Positions 1 through 9,420 of a DNA stretch of 64,000 nt are shown piece by piece. A program made the translations under genes and the position numbers. The notes beneath the pieces were generated by a model that saw only the letters and a list, made by a program, of their open reading frames with translations, was not told the origin of the DNA and ran no database searches. Positions within the stretch are counted from its first letter, which is position 1. Each line of letters opens with the position of its first letter. Source of the DNA: Bacteroidales bacterium (lineage in GTDB: Bacteria > Bacteroidota > Bacteroidia > Bacteroidales > UBA932); the NCBI GenBank assembly GCA_017428245.1, contig JAFRRF010000020.1, forward strand, positions 6,421 through 70,420. The letters run 5' to 3'.

Positions 1-1311
1 TTCCGGTTCACCGTCTCCCGCGCCATCTACAAGGGCATGCTCAAGTTCCTGGCCTGGATCAATGACTTCAAGTATGTGGTGCAGCCCTTGCCCGTGGACG
101 GCTTCGAAGCGCACCTGGAAGACGGAAACAAGGCTGTCCTGACCTGGACGCCCGTCAAGGACCCGCTCGAAAAGACAGCCGACGCGAGCGGATACATTCT
201 CTATACCCGCCGGGATGACGCAGGCTTCGACAACGGTCGGGCGCTGGAGGAAGCCCGGGCAGAAATCGAAATCGAGCCGGGGCATATCTACAGTTTCAAG
301 GTTACGGCCACAAATGCAGGTGGCGAGAGTTTCCCCAGTGAGATCCTCTCCGTGGGCCTTGTAGCCGGTGATGCGCCGACAGTTATGATTGTCAACAATT
401 TCGACCGTCTCAGCGCGCCCGTAAGCTTTGCATCGGCCGACTCCGCATACGCAGGATTCCTGAACCGGCTCGACGCGGGAGTCCCCTACCTCTACGACAT
501 CTCCTACATCGGCGACCAGCACGAGTTCCGTCGCGCCATCCCCTGGATGGACGACGACAGCGCCGGTTTCGGAGCCTCCGACAGCGACTATGAAACGAAA
601 GCCGTCGCCGGCAACAGTTTCGACTACCCGTCGGTCCACGGAAGGGCCTGGATGGAGGCAGGCCGCAGCTTCGTATCCGCCAGCCGCAGTGCCGTCGAAA
701 GGCGCCGTATCGAACTTAACCGATATCCGGTCGTCGACCTGATCTGCGGCGAGCAGCTCACCACGCAGGTGGGCCGCCGCGGTGCAGGCGCCCTCCGTTA
801 CCACGTATTCCCCGAAGGAATCCGCCGGCAGATCGAAGATCTCACGCGTGTAGGCGGAAATATCCTCGTCTCAGGAGCCTATGTCGGCTCCGACCTGTGG
901 GAACCCGTTTTCGATTTCGAAGTGGACTCCACGCTCAAGGCCGACTATTTCGAACCGGCCAAAAAGTTCGCGCAGGATGTGCTGCACTACCGGTGGATGA
1001 CCAATTCCGCAGCCGTGAAAGGCGTGGTCAAAGGGGAACAGAATCCGCTCGGTCTCACCTGGAAGAGCAGCTATTTCTTCCATACGGAACTCAACGGAGA
1101 CTGTTACGCCGTAGAGGCACCCGACGGACTCAATCCCGTGGGAGAAGGGGCATATACCGTGTTCCGCTATGCAGAAAACAACATCTCGGCCGGTACAGCC
1201 TATGCAGGTCCGTACAAGACGGTGATCCTGGGCTTCCCGGTCGAGACGCTGGACTCGCAGGAGCAGATCGACTGCCTGATCGGCGAAGTCGCCCGCTTCT
1301 TCGGGCATTAG
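1..1311 (+). CDS. FN3-domain secreted protein, C-terminal part (5' end probably outside the window)
   Basis: Frame 1 is open from base 1 up to the listed Met at 37, so the 424-aa ORF is probably the tail of a longer protein. TWTPVKDP...YILYTR...YSFKVTATNAGGES reads like a fibronectin type III repeat. Function not recognised. Confidence 0.55.
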   Translation, partial: FRFTVSRAIYKGMLKFLAWINDFKYVVQPLPVDGFEAHLEDGNKAVLTWTPVKDPLEKTADASGYILYTRRDDAGFDNGRALEEARAEIEIEPGHIYSFKVTATNAGGESFPSEILSVGLVAGDAPTVMIVNNFDRLSAPVSFASADSAYAGFLNRLDAGVPYLYDISYIGDQHEFRRAIPWMDDDSAGFGASDSDYETKAVAGNSFDYPSVHGRAWMEAGRSFVSASRSAVERRRIELNRYPVVDLICGEQLTTQVGRRGAGALRYHVFPEGIRRQIEDLTRVGGNILVSGAYVGSDLWEPVFDFEVDSTLKADYFEPAKKFAQDVLHYRWMTNSAAVKGVVKGEQNPLGLTWKSSYFFHTELNGDCYAVEAPDGLNPVGEGAYTVFRYAENNISAGTAYAGPYKTVILGFPVETLDSQEQIDCLIGEVARFFGH

Positions 1312-1883
1312 AAGTTTCCGAAATCCAACTCCGTAACGCCGGCGACCGACTCCAGTTTGAAGGAAAAGGCGCCGGCGGTTTTTATTTCTACGGTGTGGCT
1401 TCCGGCCGTGGTGTAACTGTGCTTGAGGCCGCTGGAATAGGTTTCTTCCGCACCGTCACCCCAGTTGACCTGCCCGGCCATGCTGCTGCCCGTAAAAGAA
1501 GGAAGGACGAAATCGCCCAACGTGTGCTTGATCACAAGCACCTGGTCGAAGGACGGCAGCTGCGTGACAGTAATGCTGCGGGTAAGATCCCGGCAGGTAA
1601 TCGTTACGGAACCTTTACGGGAAGTGGAACGGTCATTAGCCTGTGCCGTGACAGTAATGTTGGCGTTTCCTTTGTCTCCCGAAGCCGGTGATACCGACAG
1701 CCAGGGATCGGAAGCAGTGGCAGTCCAGGAGTAATTGGTCGTCACGCTGACGGACTTGGTACCTCCCTGGGAAGGGAATTCTACCTTCGTATTGTCGAAA
1801 TCGACGGAAGGATCTTCGCGCTCGCAGGCCATCATCCCCAGCACGGCGGCAAGCGACAGGATCAGTATACGGATCTGTTTCAT
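1308..1883 (-). CDS. Lipoprotein with one BACON domain plus a conserved C-terminal WGDG module
   Basis: Lipobox-like signal peptide (LGMMAC). BACON-like segment: FPSQGGTKSVSVTTNYSWTATASDPWLSVSPASGDKGNANITVTAQAN...GSVTI. The C-terminal part matches the paralog at 3709-4545. Start overlaps the upstream stop (ATGA). Confidence 0.8.
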   Translation of the reverse strand: MKQIRILILSLAAVLGMMACEREDPSVDFDNTKVEFPSQGGTKSVSVTTNYSWTATASDPWLSVSPASGDKGNANITVTAQANDRSTSRKGSVTITCRDLTRSITVTQLPSFDQVLVIKHTLGDFVLPSFTGSSMAGQVNWGDGAEETYSSGLKHSYTTAGSHTVEIKTAGAFSFKLESVAGVTELDFGNF

Positions 1884-3712
1884 TTCATTCCCATTTTAAG
1901 CGTCAAAGTCAACTGTTCATCAAAGCGCTTGAAGGTCAAAGTATAGTTTCCCTTCTTCAAGTCGGTCGTCACGATTTTCATCGCAGTCATCTCGTAAGTC
2001 ACGCAGTCTTTTATGGCTGCACCGGAAGCGTCTTTCAAACTCCAGTCCACCAAATCCTTGGTTTCGATGATGATTTCTCCCGAAGTCTTGTTGAACTGGA
2101 AGGAAGTCACTTCGTCGAGTTTCGTCCCGTCGGTTACGGGAATTTCCGTGGAGAGGCCGGCTTTCGGATCGAAAATCGGTTTTTCCCACACGCCGTCAGG
2201 CCAGTCCTGTGCGCGATACACCAGGCAAAGTCTGTCGCCCGGCAAAGGATACGACTGCATAAAACAGCTGATGGAAGGATACCCCCGGCCACTGCCGGCG
2301 GAGAGCTCGTTGAAGGTATTCACATTGCTCACGAACTCTTTGATCTGTCCCTCCGCATCGCAAAGGACGATGGCATATTCACCCATGAAAGGGCGAAGGC
2401 TGCCGTTGTAAAGGAAGCCGGCCCTGATTTTGAAAGAAGTGTGGGGAACGATTGTCTCATCACACTCGATTCCGTTATAGACGGTTCCGCTGCTGCTGGA
2501 AGTACCGCCCTGGAAATAGAGATATTCCAGCGACTGTCCGCCGTCCCCTTCCTTGGGTTTGAGGCCGAAAATGGCGCCGTGACTGTAGAGATACTTCCTG
2601 CTCTCGGTCGGAGTAAAGGCGGAAAGGGCGTAATAACCGTTGCTTGATCCGCCCCATCCCCAGTTGACGCTGACATTTCCCTGCTCGTCGTATCCGTCGA
2701 CAAGGAAGGCGTGGCCGCCGGTCTCCCGGCGGGCCGAATAAAGGATCGGACGTTCCTGAAGCTCAGCTTTGAGCATATCCAGCCACTGTTCGTCGCCGAA
2801 CAAGTCACGCTTATAATGATAGGCACCGGGGTCGAAGCCGAAATATTCGACGGCACAGCCGGCCATTTTCGGCGTACTGGCGCTCGTGGATTCATCGAAT
2901 TTGGCCTGCACGGCGACACCGCAGTCATACACCAGACGGGCCACAGCCTCACCTTCCTCCTGCGTATAGCCATCACGGTAATCGAACTTGATCTTGTCCC
3001 ACTCGTAAGGGTGTCCCAGGTCAAACCCTTCGATCGTACACTTCGAGCCGTTATCTAGGTCATAACTGTAACTTTCAAGTTTCCCCTCTCCCTTGGGCGG
3101 GAAACCGTAATAACGCATGATCATACCCATTGCCAGAGGCACGCAGCCGATAACGGCGTGAGCATCGCCGACCATCGGGGTCAGGCCGTTGAACGGGGCC
3201 GTCTGCTTCCAGACCGGCGTCACGTGTTTGACGGCCGGTTGAAAATCGCCACCCGCCTTGGTCCGGACGAACAGGGCGTCCCAGGATGCTTTCGCAGCCC
3301 GCTTGTCCACGGCACCCGCCCTGACAAAGGCGACCTGCTGTTCGAGTTCTTCCAGCCAATCAACGAGATTCTCCGGCATATCGGCGCCGGTCCCGAACGA
3401 TTCGTCGAACGAATAAGCCAGCACAGGGCGGCAGTCATCCTCGCCGGCAATAATCACGAAACCGCCGCCTGCACGGTTAAAAATGAAGTAGGCCGGCTGT
3501 TCGTCGCCCGCCTTGGTCAAAGGAGCGTGCGTGAGTTCCACCGCCTCAAGCGGAGCCATCCGGCGGGCGAAATTGCGGTCGTTCTGGAAAAAAGCCTTCG
3601 CCGTTTCCCCGGCCCGGAACGCATCGACCGGATCGGCCAGAACCGGGAATGCAGAGAGCCACGTCAGTAGGAGGCCTGCAAATAAAACTCGTACCCTTTT
3701 CATATGAATCAA
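1880..3712 (-). CDS. C10 family (streptopain-like) cysteine peptidase with N-terminal pro/inhibitor-like region
   Basis: Signal peptide present. Catalytic Cys context is GCVPLAMGMIMRYYGFP and catalytic His context is GGHAFLVDGYDEQGNVSVNWGWGGSSNGYYAL, both typical of peptidase C10. About 200 aa of extra C-terminal sequence. Confidence 0.9.
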   Translation of the reverse strand: MIHMKRVRVLFAGLLLTWLSAFPVLADPVDAFRAGETAKAFFQNDRNFARRMAPLEAVELTHAPLTKAGDEQPAYFIFNRAGGGFVIIAGEDDCRPVLAYSFDESFGTGADMPENLVDWLEELEQQVAFVRAGAVDKRAAKASWDALFVRTKAGGDFQPAVKHVTPVWKQTAPFNGLTPMVGDAHAVIGCVPLAMGMIMRYYGFPPKGEGKLESYSYDLDNGSKCTIEGFDLGHPYEWDKIKFDYRDGYTQEEGEAVARLVYDCGVAVQAKFDESTSASTPKMAGCAVEYFGFDPGAYHYKRDLFGDEQWLDMLKAELQERPILYSARRETGGHAFLVDGYDEQGNVSVNWGWGGSSNGYYALSAFTPTESRKYLYSHGAIFGLKPKEGDGGQSLEYLYFQGGTSSSSGTVYNGIECDETIVPHTSFKIRAGFLYNGSLRPFMGEYAIVLCDAEGQIKEFVSNVNTFNELSAGSGRGYPSISCFMQSYPLPGDRLCLVYRAQDWPDGVWEKPIFDPKAGLSTEIPVTDGTKLDEVTSFQFNKTSGEIIIETKDLVDWSLKDASGAAIKDCVTYEMTAMKIVTTDLKKGNYTLTFKRFDEQLTLTLKMGMK

Positions 3713-4545
3713 AAATCAGAAATATCTATGATGGAAATGCCGCCGATGCCCATCTCGAAGGCGGTGGCGCCAAAGAGATTGAAGGTCACGGTGACATCGG
3801 AAGCCAAATACCTGTGCGACAACGTGGGCTCATAATCCGTCCACGTGCCGTCACCCCAGTGTACTTCCCCGACAACACCGTCGCCGGTGATGAGGGGAAC
3901 GCGGAAAACCAAACAGTTGTGCTTGATCAGCAGCACCTGGGAAAGATAGGGTTTCTGGCGGACCTTATAGGTGAGACTCAAACTGTTGCACGTCACCGTC
4001 ACGGTGCCATCACGGACGATACCGGTATTATTTGCTTCCACGCTGATTTTCAAATTGATATTACCCTTTTTTCCGTACGTCGGCTCAACGATGATCCAGG
4101 AACCGGAGACCTGGGTCATCCAGTCGTGGTTGGCGGAGAGACTCACGGTTGCAGAGCCGCCTTCGCCCGGTATCTCGACGAGCGTCAGGCTTTCGGAAGT
4201 CAGGCTGGTGTCATCTTCCTGGCTCACGGAAATGCTTTTGGTCAAAGTCAGGCAGGTCACCGTCACGCTACCTTTACGAGCCTTCCCCGAACTGTTGGCA
4301 TCGACCGTAATGTTCAGCGAAGCGGTACCTTTCCGGCCAGAGGCCGGAGATACGTGAATCCAGGGATCGGAGGCGGTGGCACTCCAGCCATAATTGGTCG
4401 TCACCCCCACGCTCTGGGATGCGCCTGCGGCCGCGGCTTGAATGGAAGTGGAGCCATCGAACACGATGGAAGGCTCTTCCAGCTGGCAGGAAATCGCAAG
4501 GAGCGCTGCAAAGCCTATCGAAAGAAGCTGTTTCGTCTTCATCAT
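3709..4545 (-). CDS. Lipoprotein with two BACON domains plus a conserved C-terminal WGDG module
   Basis: Lipobox (LLAISC). Two BACON-like repeats: GASQSVGVTTNYGWSATASDPWIHVSPASG... and GGSATVSLSANHDWMTQVSGSWIIVEPTYG.... C-terminal VLLIKH...VHWGDGTWTDYEPTLSHRY is shared with 1308-1883. Confidence 0.8.
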   Translation of the reverse strand: MMKTKQLLSIGFAALLAISCQLEEPSIVFDGSTSIQAAAAGASQSVGVTTNYGWSATASDPWIHVSPASGRKGTASLNITVDANSSGKARKGSVTVTCLTLTKSISVSQEDDTSLTSESLTLVEIPGEGGSATVSLSANHDWMTQVSGSWIIVEPTYGKKGNINLKISVEANNTGIVRDGTVTVTCNSLSLTYKVRQKPYLSQVLLIKHNCLVFRVPLITGDGVVGEVHWGDGTWTDYEPTLSHRYLASDVTVTFNLFGATAFEMGIGGISIIDISDF

Positions 4546-6371
4546 TTTCCCGTTTTAAGCGTGAAGGAATAATAACCCAGTTGAGGTTCGCCTCGGTCCA
4601 GGATGATGGTATAGGTATCCTTGGAGAGCGTGGAAAACGCAATCTCGATGGTCTTGTCGGCTGTCGTGACACCCTGGGCCACAACCGTTCCCGTCGATTT
4701 CTTGACCGACCATTTCACCCGGTCCTTGGTCTTGATCGTACACTTCCCGGCCGTCTTGTCATACCTGAACGTGGTCTCGATCACGAGATACGTGTCGTCG
4801 GCCTGCACGGGGATTTCTTTCACGAGGTCGGGGTTTTCCAGGTAATACAACGGCTCCTTCCATACGCCCTCGGGCCAGTGGTCGCTGCGATAGAAGAGCG
4901 TGATCTTGTCGCCCTCCAACGGGTAACAGGTCATGTTGCAGGGGATATTCCAGAAACTCACGCCTCCCAACGGCTTTAATTCCCCGAACGATCCTTCCTC
5001 GGAAATCCTTTCCACGATATTCCCCTCCCGGTCGGTAAGGGCAAAGAAAAACTTGCCCGCGAAAGCAGTGACTCCGCCGTTCCAGACGTATGCTACGCCC
5101 ATCTTGAATTCCTGGCCCCTGACGGGCGTGGACAGGGCGTACATTCCGTGCCAGTCGTCATCACCATTCATAAAAAGGTACTCCTCGGGCTGGCCACCCT
5201 GTCCCTTGTCGGGGACGAGGCCCAGAACGGTGGTATGCGCGTATTTGAAATGGGAGTTCGCGCCGAGCACGAACGCCGACAGGGCGAAGTAGCCGTTGCT
5301 GCTTCCACCCCAGCCCCAGTTGATGCTGAGGAAGTCCTGATTGTCGTAGCCGTCGACCACGAAACCGTGGCCACTGTCTTCACTGCTTCCCGCATAAAGG
5401 AGCGGATGCTCCTGCAATTCGGTCTTGATCATGGACATCCACTCTTCGTCGGTAAAGTACATCCGCTTGATATGGTTGACATTGGGATCGTAGCCGAAAT
5501 ACTCGATGACGGCTGGAAGCAGATTCCAGAAGTTGGTATCAGTTCCTATCGAGGAGGTATATTTCGCCTTGGCAGCCACACCCACGTCAAACATCAGACG
5601 GGACACGGCCTCCGCCTCCTCCTGCGTATAGCCCTTGGAATAGTCGAGTTTCATCTTGTCCCACTGGTAGGGATAACCCAGGTCGAAGCCTGCGACGCTA
5701 CCCTTCTCGTCCTGATACGCCCAGTCGTAGGACGGAAGAGAGCCGGTGCCCGCAGCAGGATACTTGAAGAACCGCATCACGATGCACATAGCTGTAGGAA
5801 CGCATCCGGTATAACCCCGTTTGCCGCCACTGATCGTCGGACAGTACAGGTTGAAGGGGTCGCCCTGATTGAAAAGCGCCGTCTCGTGTTTCACCTCGGG
5901 TTTGAGGTTGTTTCCAGCCTTGGTGGGATACTGCGCCGACATCCACTGGGACTTGGCCAGGTCAGCGGATTTCTGCGGGACGCCTTGGGCACGGACGACG
6001 GCAACCTGCTCTTCGAAATCGGCAAGATAAGCTTCCAATGCGGGAATTCGCTCCACATCCGCAAAATCATTCTCGTAGGAATAAGCCAGAACCGGCTTGC
6101 AGAGGTCGTCGCCAGCAATGATCACGAAACCGCCGCCTTCCCGGCTGAAGATATGGAAGGCCGACGTCGCATCGCCCGACTTGGTAAGCGGCGCTTCATA
6201 CAGGTTCACGCGGTGGAACGGGGACATCCGCCGGCCGACATTCGGGTCGCTTTGGAAAAAGACGCGCGCCACCTCGCCCGCCCGGGAAGCATCGACCGGG
6301 CCGGCAAAGGCCGGCGCAACGAGGGGCAGGACGAGCAGAACGCTCAGGAAGTAACGGGTATAACGTTTCAT
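4542..6371 (-). CDS. C10 family cysteine peptidase (paralog of 1880-3712)
   Basis: Motifs TGCVPTAMCIVMRFFKYP and SGHGFVVDGYDNQDFLSINWGWGGSSNGYFAL. The N-terminal pro-region aligns with the paralog (FFQSDPNVGRRM... versus FFQNDRNFARRM...). Confidence 0.9.
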   Translation of the reverse strand: MKRYTRYFLSVLLVLPLVAPAFAGPVDASRAGEVARVFFQSDPNVGRRMSPFHRVNLYEAPLTKSGDATSAFHIFSREGGGFVIIAGDDLCKPVLAYSYENDFADVERIPALEAYLADFEEQVAVVRAQGVPQKSADLAKSQWMSAQYPTKAGNNLKPEVKHETALFNQGDPFNLYCPTISGGKRGYTGCVPTAMCIVMRFFKYPAAGTGSLPSYDWAYQDEKGSVAGFDLGYPYQWDKMKLDYSKGYTQEEAEAVSRLMFDVGVAAKAKYTSSIGTDTNFWNLLPAVIEYFGYDPNVNHIKRMYFTDEEWMSMIKTELQEHPLLYAGSSEDSGHGFVVDGYDNQDFLSINWGWGGSSNGYFALSAFVLGANSHFKYAHTTVLGLVPDKGQGGQPEEYLFMNGDDDWHGMYALSTPVRGQEFKMGVAYVWNGGVTAFAGKFFFALTDREGNIVERISEEGSFGELKPLGGVSFWNIPCNMTCYPLEGDKITLFYRSDHWPEGVWKEPLYYLENPDLVKEIPVQADDTYLVIETTFRYDKTAGKCTIKTKDRVKWSVKKSTGTVVAQGVTTADKTIEIAFSTLSKDTYTIILDRGEPQLGYYSFTLKTGK

Positions 6372-6385
6372 CGGATCGGTACAGA

Positions 6386-7990
6386 TTACATGCTTCTGAC
6401 AAAAATTTCAAGTACACGGCCCTTGAGCTCCCGCCACTTACCGGCCACCATGGCGAAGAAACTGTCGGTCTGGTCGTCGAGCAACTGCGCGACCGCCTCT
6501 TCCCTGCCCTCGGCGGGAAGCGCCTTGACTTTCTCCTGGAGCGCGGCATCCTGTTCGAACATCATCCGTTCGAAAAGCACGCGCTGGGGTTCCAGCACTT
6601 TGCGCGTCTTATCCCAGTAGATGGTGGCGATGCGGTTGGTTTCGCGGAAAGCCCAGACAGCCGCCTCGGGCCGGTAGCTGTTCTGGCCGCAGTGTCCCAA
6701 TTCCACAGGCAGCTTCGTAGCTCCGGCATAGATCGGGAAGCGCGGGCTCTGCCCCGGATTGTCGAGCGAGAACCACAGCACGCCGCCCACTTCGTCGGGC
6801 AGCCAGTCGCGGCACTGGGCAATAAAGGAATAGGAGCACTGAATCACGGCAATGGTACGGCGGTTGGTGACGGTGCCGGGGGCGATCTGGTTGAGCATCG
6901 CACGCATATCGGCCGACATCCAGTTGGAGACCGGCGTCACCTCTTCGTCATATTCGGTATAAGTCGAATTCGGATACGGCGGGCTGTTGGGATCCTTGAT
7001 GCGGCGGTGTGCCTTGATTTTCAGGTTCTGTCCCATATCGAGATCCGTCCCTTCGTAGGTCTCGCGGTAGAAGGCCAGGACGCGCTCGGGCGTGACCGGA
7101 ACTTCCGGCTTGACCGAGAACGGGAGTTCTTCATCGTCGAGCGAGAGGCCGAGCGAAGGGGCAAGGGTGCTGAGCACGAACCATTCACGGACCGAGAACG
7201 GCTTGCGGTTGGCGTCGCCCACCACTTTCCAGAACTTCAGCGGGCCCTTGCCATCCCACAGACCCAGAGCCTTGGCCTTCTTCTTCAGGTCTTTGCAGTA
7301 CATAAAATGGTCGGGATCGTTGAAATCGATGGCGCCGATGCGCGAGATGTTGGCGGAAATGCCCACGTGATCGTCGGGAATGCGCTGGGCCGCCCAGATG
7401 GCACCGGGTTCGCCCGGACCGGGACCGTTGATCTCAAACTGCCACACCTCATTGGGATCGGCAACGGTAAGGCACTCACCCCAATCGGCATAACCGTATT
7501 TCTCAGCCATCTCCCCCATCAGGCGGACGGCATCACGGGCATTGTCGCAGTACTCAAGTGCAAGACGGCACAGTTCTTCAATCCAGAACACGCCGTTCCG
7601 GTTGATCAGGTCGCGGTTTCCGTCGTAAGTGGTCTCGCCGATGGCAAGCTGCTTCTCGTTCATACACGGGTAGGCCGTATTGACGAAACGGTAGGTCTGG
7701 GCCTTGGGCGGCACGATGCGGCCCGTCTCATAGACGCCGCGGGGATCCCACGGTTCTTCCTTGTGCAGGACGTTGAAGAAATAGGGTTCCGTCTCGCCCG
7801 GAGCAAAGGTCTTGCGGGGCTCGATGGTGATGAAAGTCCTGTAGTACGAGTCGCAGCAATGGGCGGTCATCACCGACCCGTCGCTGGAGGCCTTCTTGCC
7901 GACCATAATGGAAGTGCAGGCATCGCCGGAAGGGACGGCGCAGAGCAGCAGGGCCGCTGCAGCGACGATACAGTTACTGAGCAGTTTCAT
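6386..7990 (-). CDS. C69 family dipeptidase
   Basis: The signal peptide is followed by the N-terminal nucleophile context DACTSIMVGKKASSDGSVMTAHCCDS, typical of peptidase C69. Confidence 0.85.
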   Translation of the reverse strand: MKLLSNCIVAAAALLLCAVPSGDACTSIMVGKKASSDGSVMTAHCCDSYYRTFITIEPRKTFAPGETEPYFFNVLHKEEPWDPRGVYETGRIVPPKAQTYRFVNTAYPCMNEKQLAIGETTYDGNRDLINRNGVFWIEELCRLALEYCDNARDAVRLMGEMAEKYGYADWGECLTVADPNEVWQFEINGPGPGEPGAIWAAQRIPDDHVGISANISRIGAIDFNDPDHFMYCKDLKKKAKALGLWDGKGPLKFWKVVGDANRKPFSVREWFVLSTLAPSLGLSLDDEELPFSVKPEVPVTPERVLAFYRETYEGTDLDMGQNLKIKAHRRIKDPNSPPYPNSTYTEYDEEVTPVSNWMSADMRAMLNQIAPGTVTNRRTIAVIQCSYSFIAQCRDWLPDEVGGVLWFSLDNPGQSPRFPIYAGATKLPVELGHCGQNSYRPEAAVWAFRETNRIATIYWDKTRKVLEPQRVLFERMMFEQDAALQEKVKALPAEGREEAVAQLLDDQTDSFFAMVAGKWRELKGRVLEIFVRSM

Positions 7991-9416
7991 TTTGCGGTAG
8001 TTTATGGATCTTGATATTGAAGGCAGCGTAAGCGATGGCGATCAGCGGCGTGATGAAGCAGAAGATCGCGAAAGGGAAATAGGCCATGGTGGCTACGCCG
8101 AGCACGCTCGACTGAACCACGGCACAGGTATTCCAGGGCACCAGCACGGAACTCACCGTGCCGGAATCCTCCAGCGTACGGCTGAGCACCTCCGGTGCCA
8201 GGCCGAAGCGCCTGTAGGCGGAGCGGAACATATTGCCCGGCAGCAGGATGGCCATGAACTGGTCGGAGAGCGTGAGGTTGCAGAAGACGCAGCTCAGCAC
8301 GGTGGCCGTAACCAGGCCACCCTGGCGGCGAACCCGGGAGAGGATAGCCCCGGTGATGGTCTCCACCATACCGCAGGCTGAGAGGCAACCGCCGAAGAGC
8401 ATCACGGCGATGATGATCCAGACGGTGTTGATCATGCCGCCCATCCCGTGGGTCGAGGCCAGGCGTGTGATGAGGGGATCGGAGGTCGTGATGTCGACGT
8501 TGGTCGACATCATCTGCATCAGCGATCCGAAGAACCGGCGCCAGCCGGTCACGTCAGCCCCCACGATCTGGTCGATGATCTGCGGCTGGGCGAAGAAGGC
8601 CAGGATGCCGCCCGCAAGCGCCGAAAGGAACAGCGTCACCATCGGCGGCACTTTTTTGAAAATCATCAGAATCGTCAGGACGGGAACGAGCAGGTACCAG
8701 CCGGAGATGTGGAAGGTCTCCTGCAGGACCGCCATCTGGCGGCCGATCTCGACTTCCGACGTGACGGGAACCACGAAGCCCACGATGCCGTACACCGCCA
8801 GACAGATGACGAGCGCCGGCAAGGTGGTCAACAAGGTATAGCGGACGTGCGTATACAGGTTCACGCCGGCGATGGATGCCGACAGGTTGGTCGTATCGCT
8901 CAGGGGTGATACCTTGTCGCCCAGGTAAGCGCCGGAAATGATGGCACCGGCCAGCCACCCCGAAGGAATGCCGATGAAAGTGCCTGCGCCGAAGAGCGCC
9001 ACGCCGATGGTGCCCACTGTCGTCCAGGAACTGCCTGCCAGCAGCGACACCAGCGCGCACAGCAGGAAAGCCAGCACGATGAAAATCTTCGGATGGATCA
9101 GTTTCAGGCCGTAGTAGATCATCGTCGGCACGATGCCCGAAAGCATCCAGGTGGCCGTCAGCGCCCCGATGGAGAGCAGGATGATGATGGCGGAGCTGGT
9201 GTTGCCCAGATTCTCCCCTACCTTTTCCTCGAAGGTGCGCCAAGGCACCTTGAGGCCATATAGGCCGATGAGGCAGGTCAGGACGGCCGAGGCAAAGATG
9301 GCGATCTGGGAAGGGCCGCCGGTGAGCTCGTCCCCGAAAATGAACACCCCGACCATCAGCAGGACGATCAGGAACAGCACGGGTACGAGCGACAGAAGGA
9401 GTCCGGGCTTCTTCAT
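7974..9416 (-). CDS. nhaC: Na+/H+ antiporter, NhaC family
   Basis: Polytopic membrane protein. The N-terminus MKKPGLLLSLVPVLFLIVLL...GDELTGGPSQIAIF and overall layout resemble NhaC. Its 3' end overlaps the start of the C69 gene by 17 nt. Confidence 0.75.
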   Translation of the reverse strand: MKKPGLLLSLVPVLFLIVLLMVGVFIFGDELTGGPSQIAIFASAVLTCLIGLYGLKVPWRTFEEKVGENLGNTSSAIIILLSIGALTATWMLSGIVPTMIYYGLKLIHPKIFIVLAFLLCALVSLLAGSSWTTVGTIGVALFGAGTFIGIPSGWLAGAIISGAYLGDKVSPLSDTTNLSASIAGVNLYTHVRYTLLTTLPALVICLAVYGIVGFVVPVTSEVEIGRQMAVLQETFHISGWYLLVPVLTILMIFKKVPPMVTLFLSALAGGILAFFAQPQIIDQIVGADVTGWRRFFGSLMQMMSTNVDITTSDPLITRLASTHGMGGMINTVWIIIAVMLFGGCLSACGMVETITGAILSRVRRQGGLVTATVLSCVFCNLTLSDQFMAILLPGNMFRSAYRRFGLAPEVLSRTLEDSGTVSSVLVPWNTCAVVQSSVLGVATMAYFPFAIFCFITPLIAIAYAAFNIKIHKLPQNETAQ

Positions 9417-9420
9417 GGCG

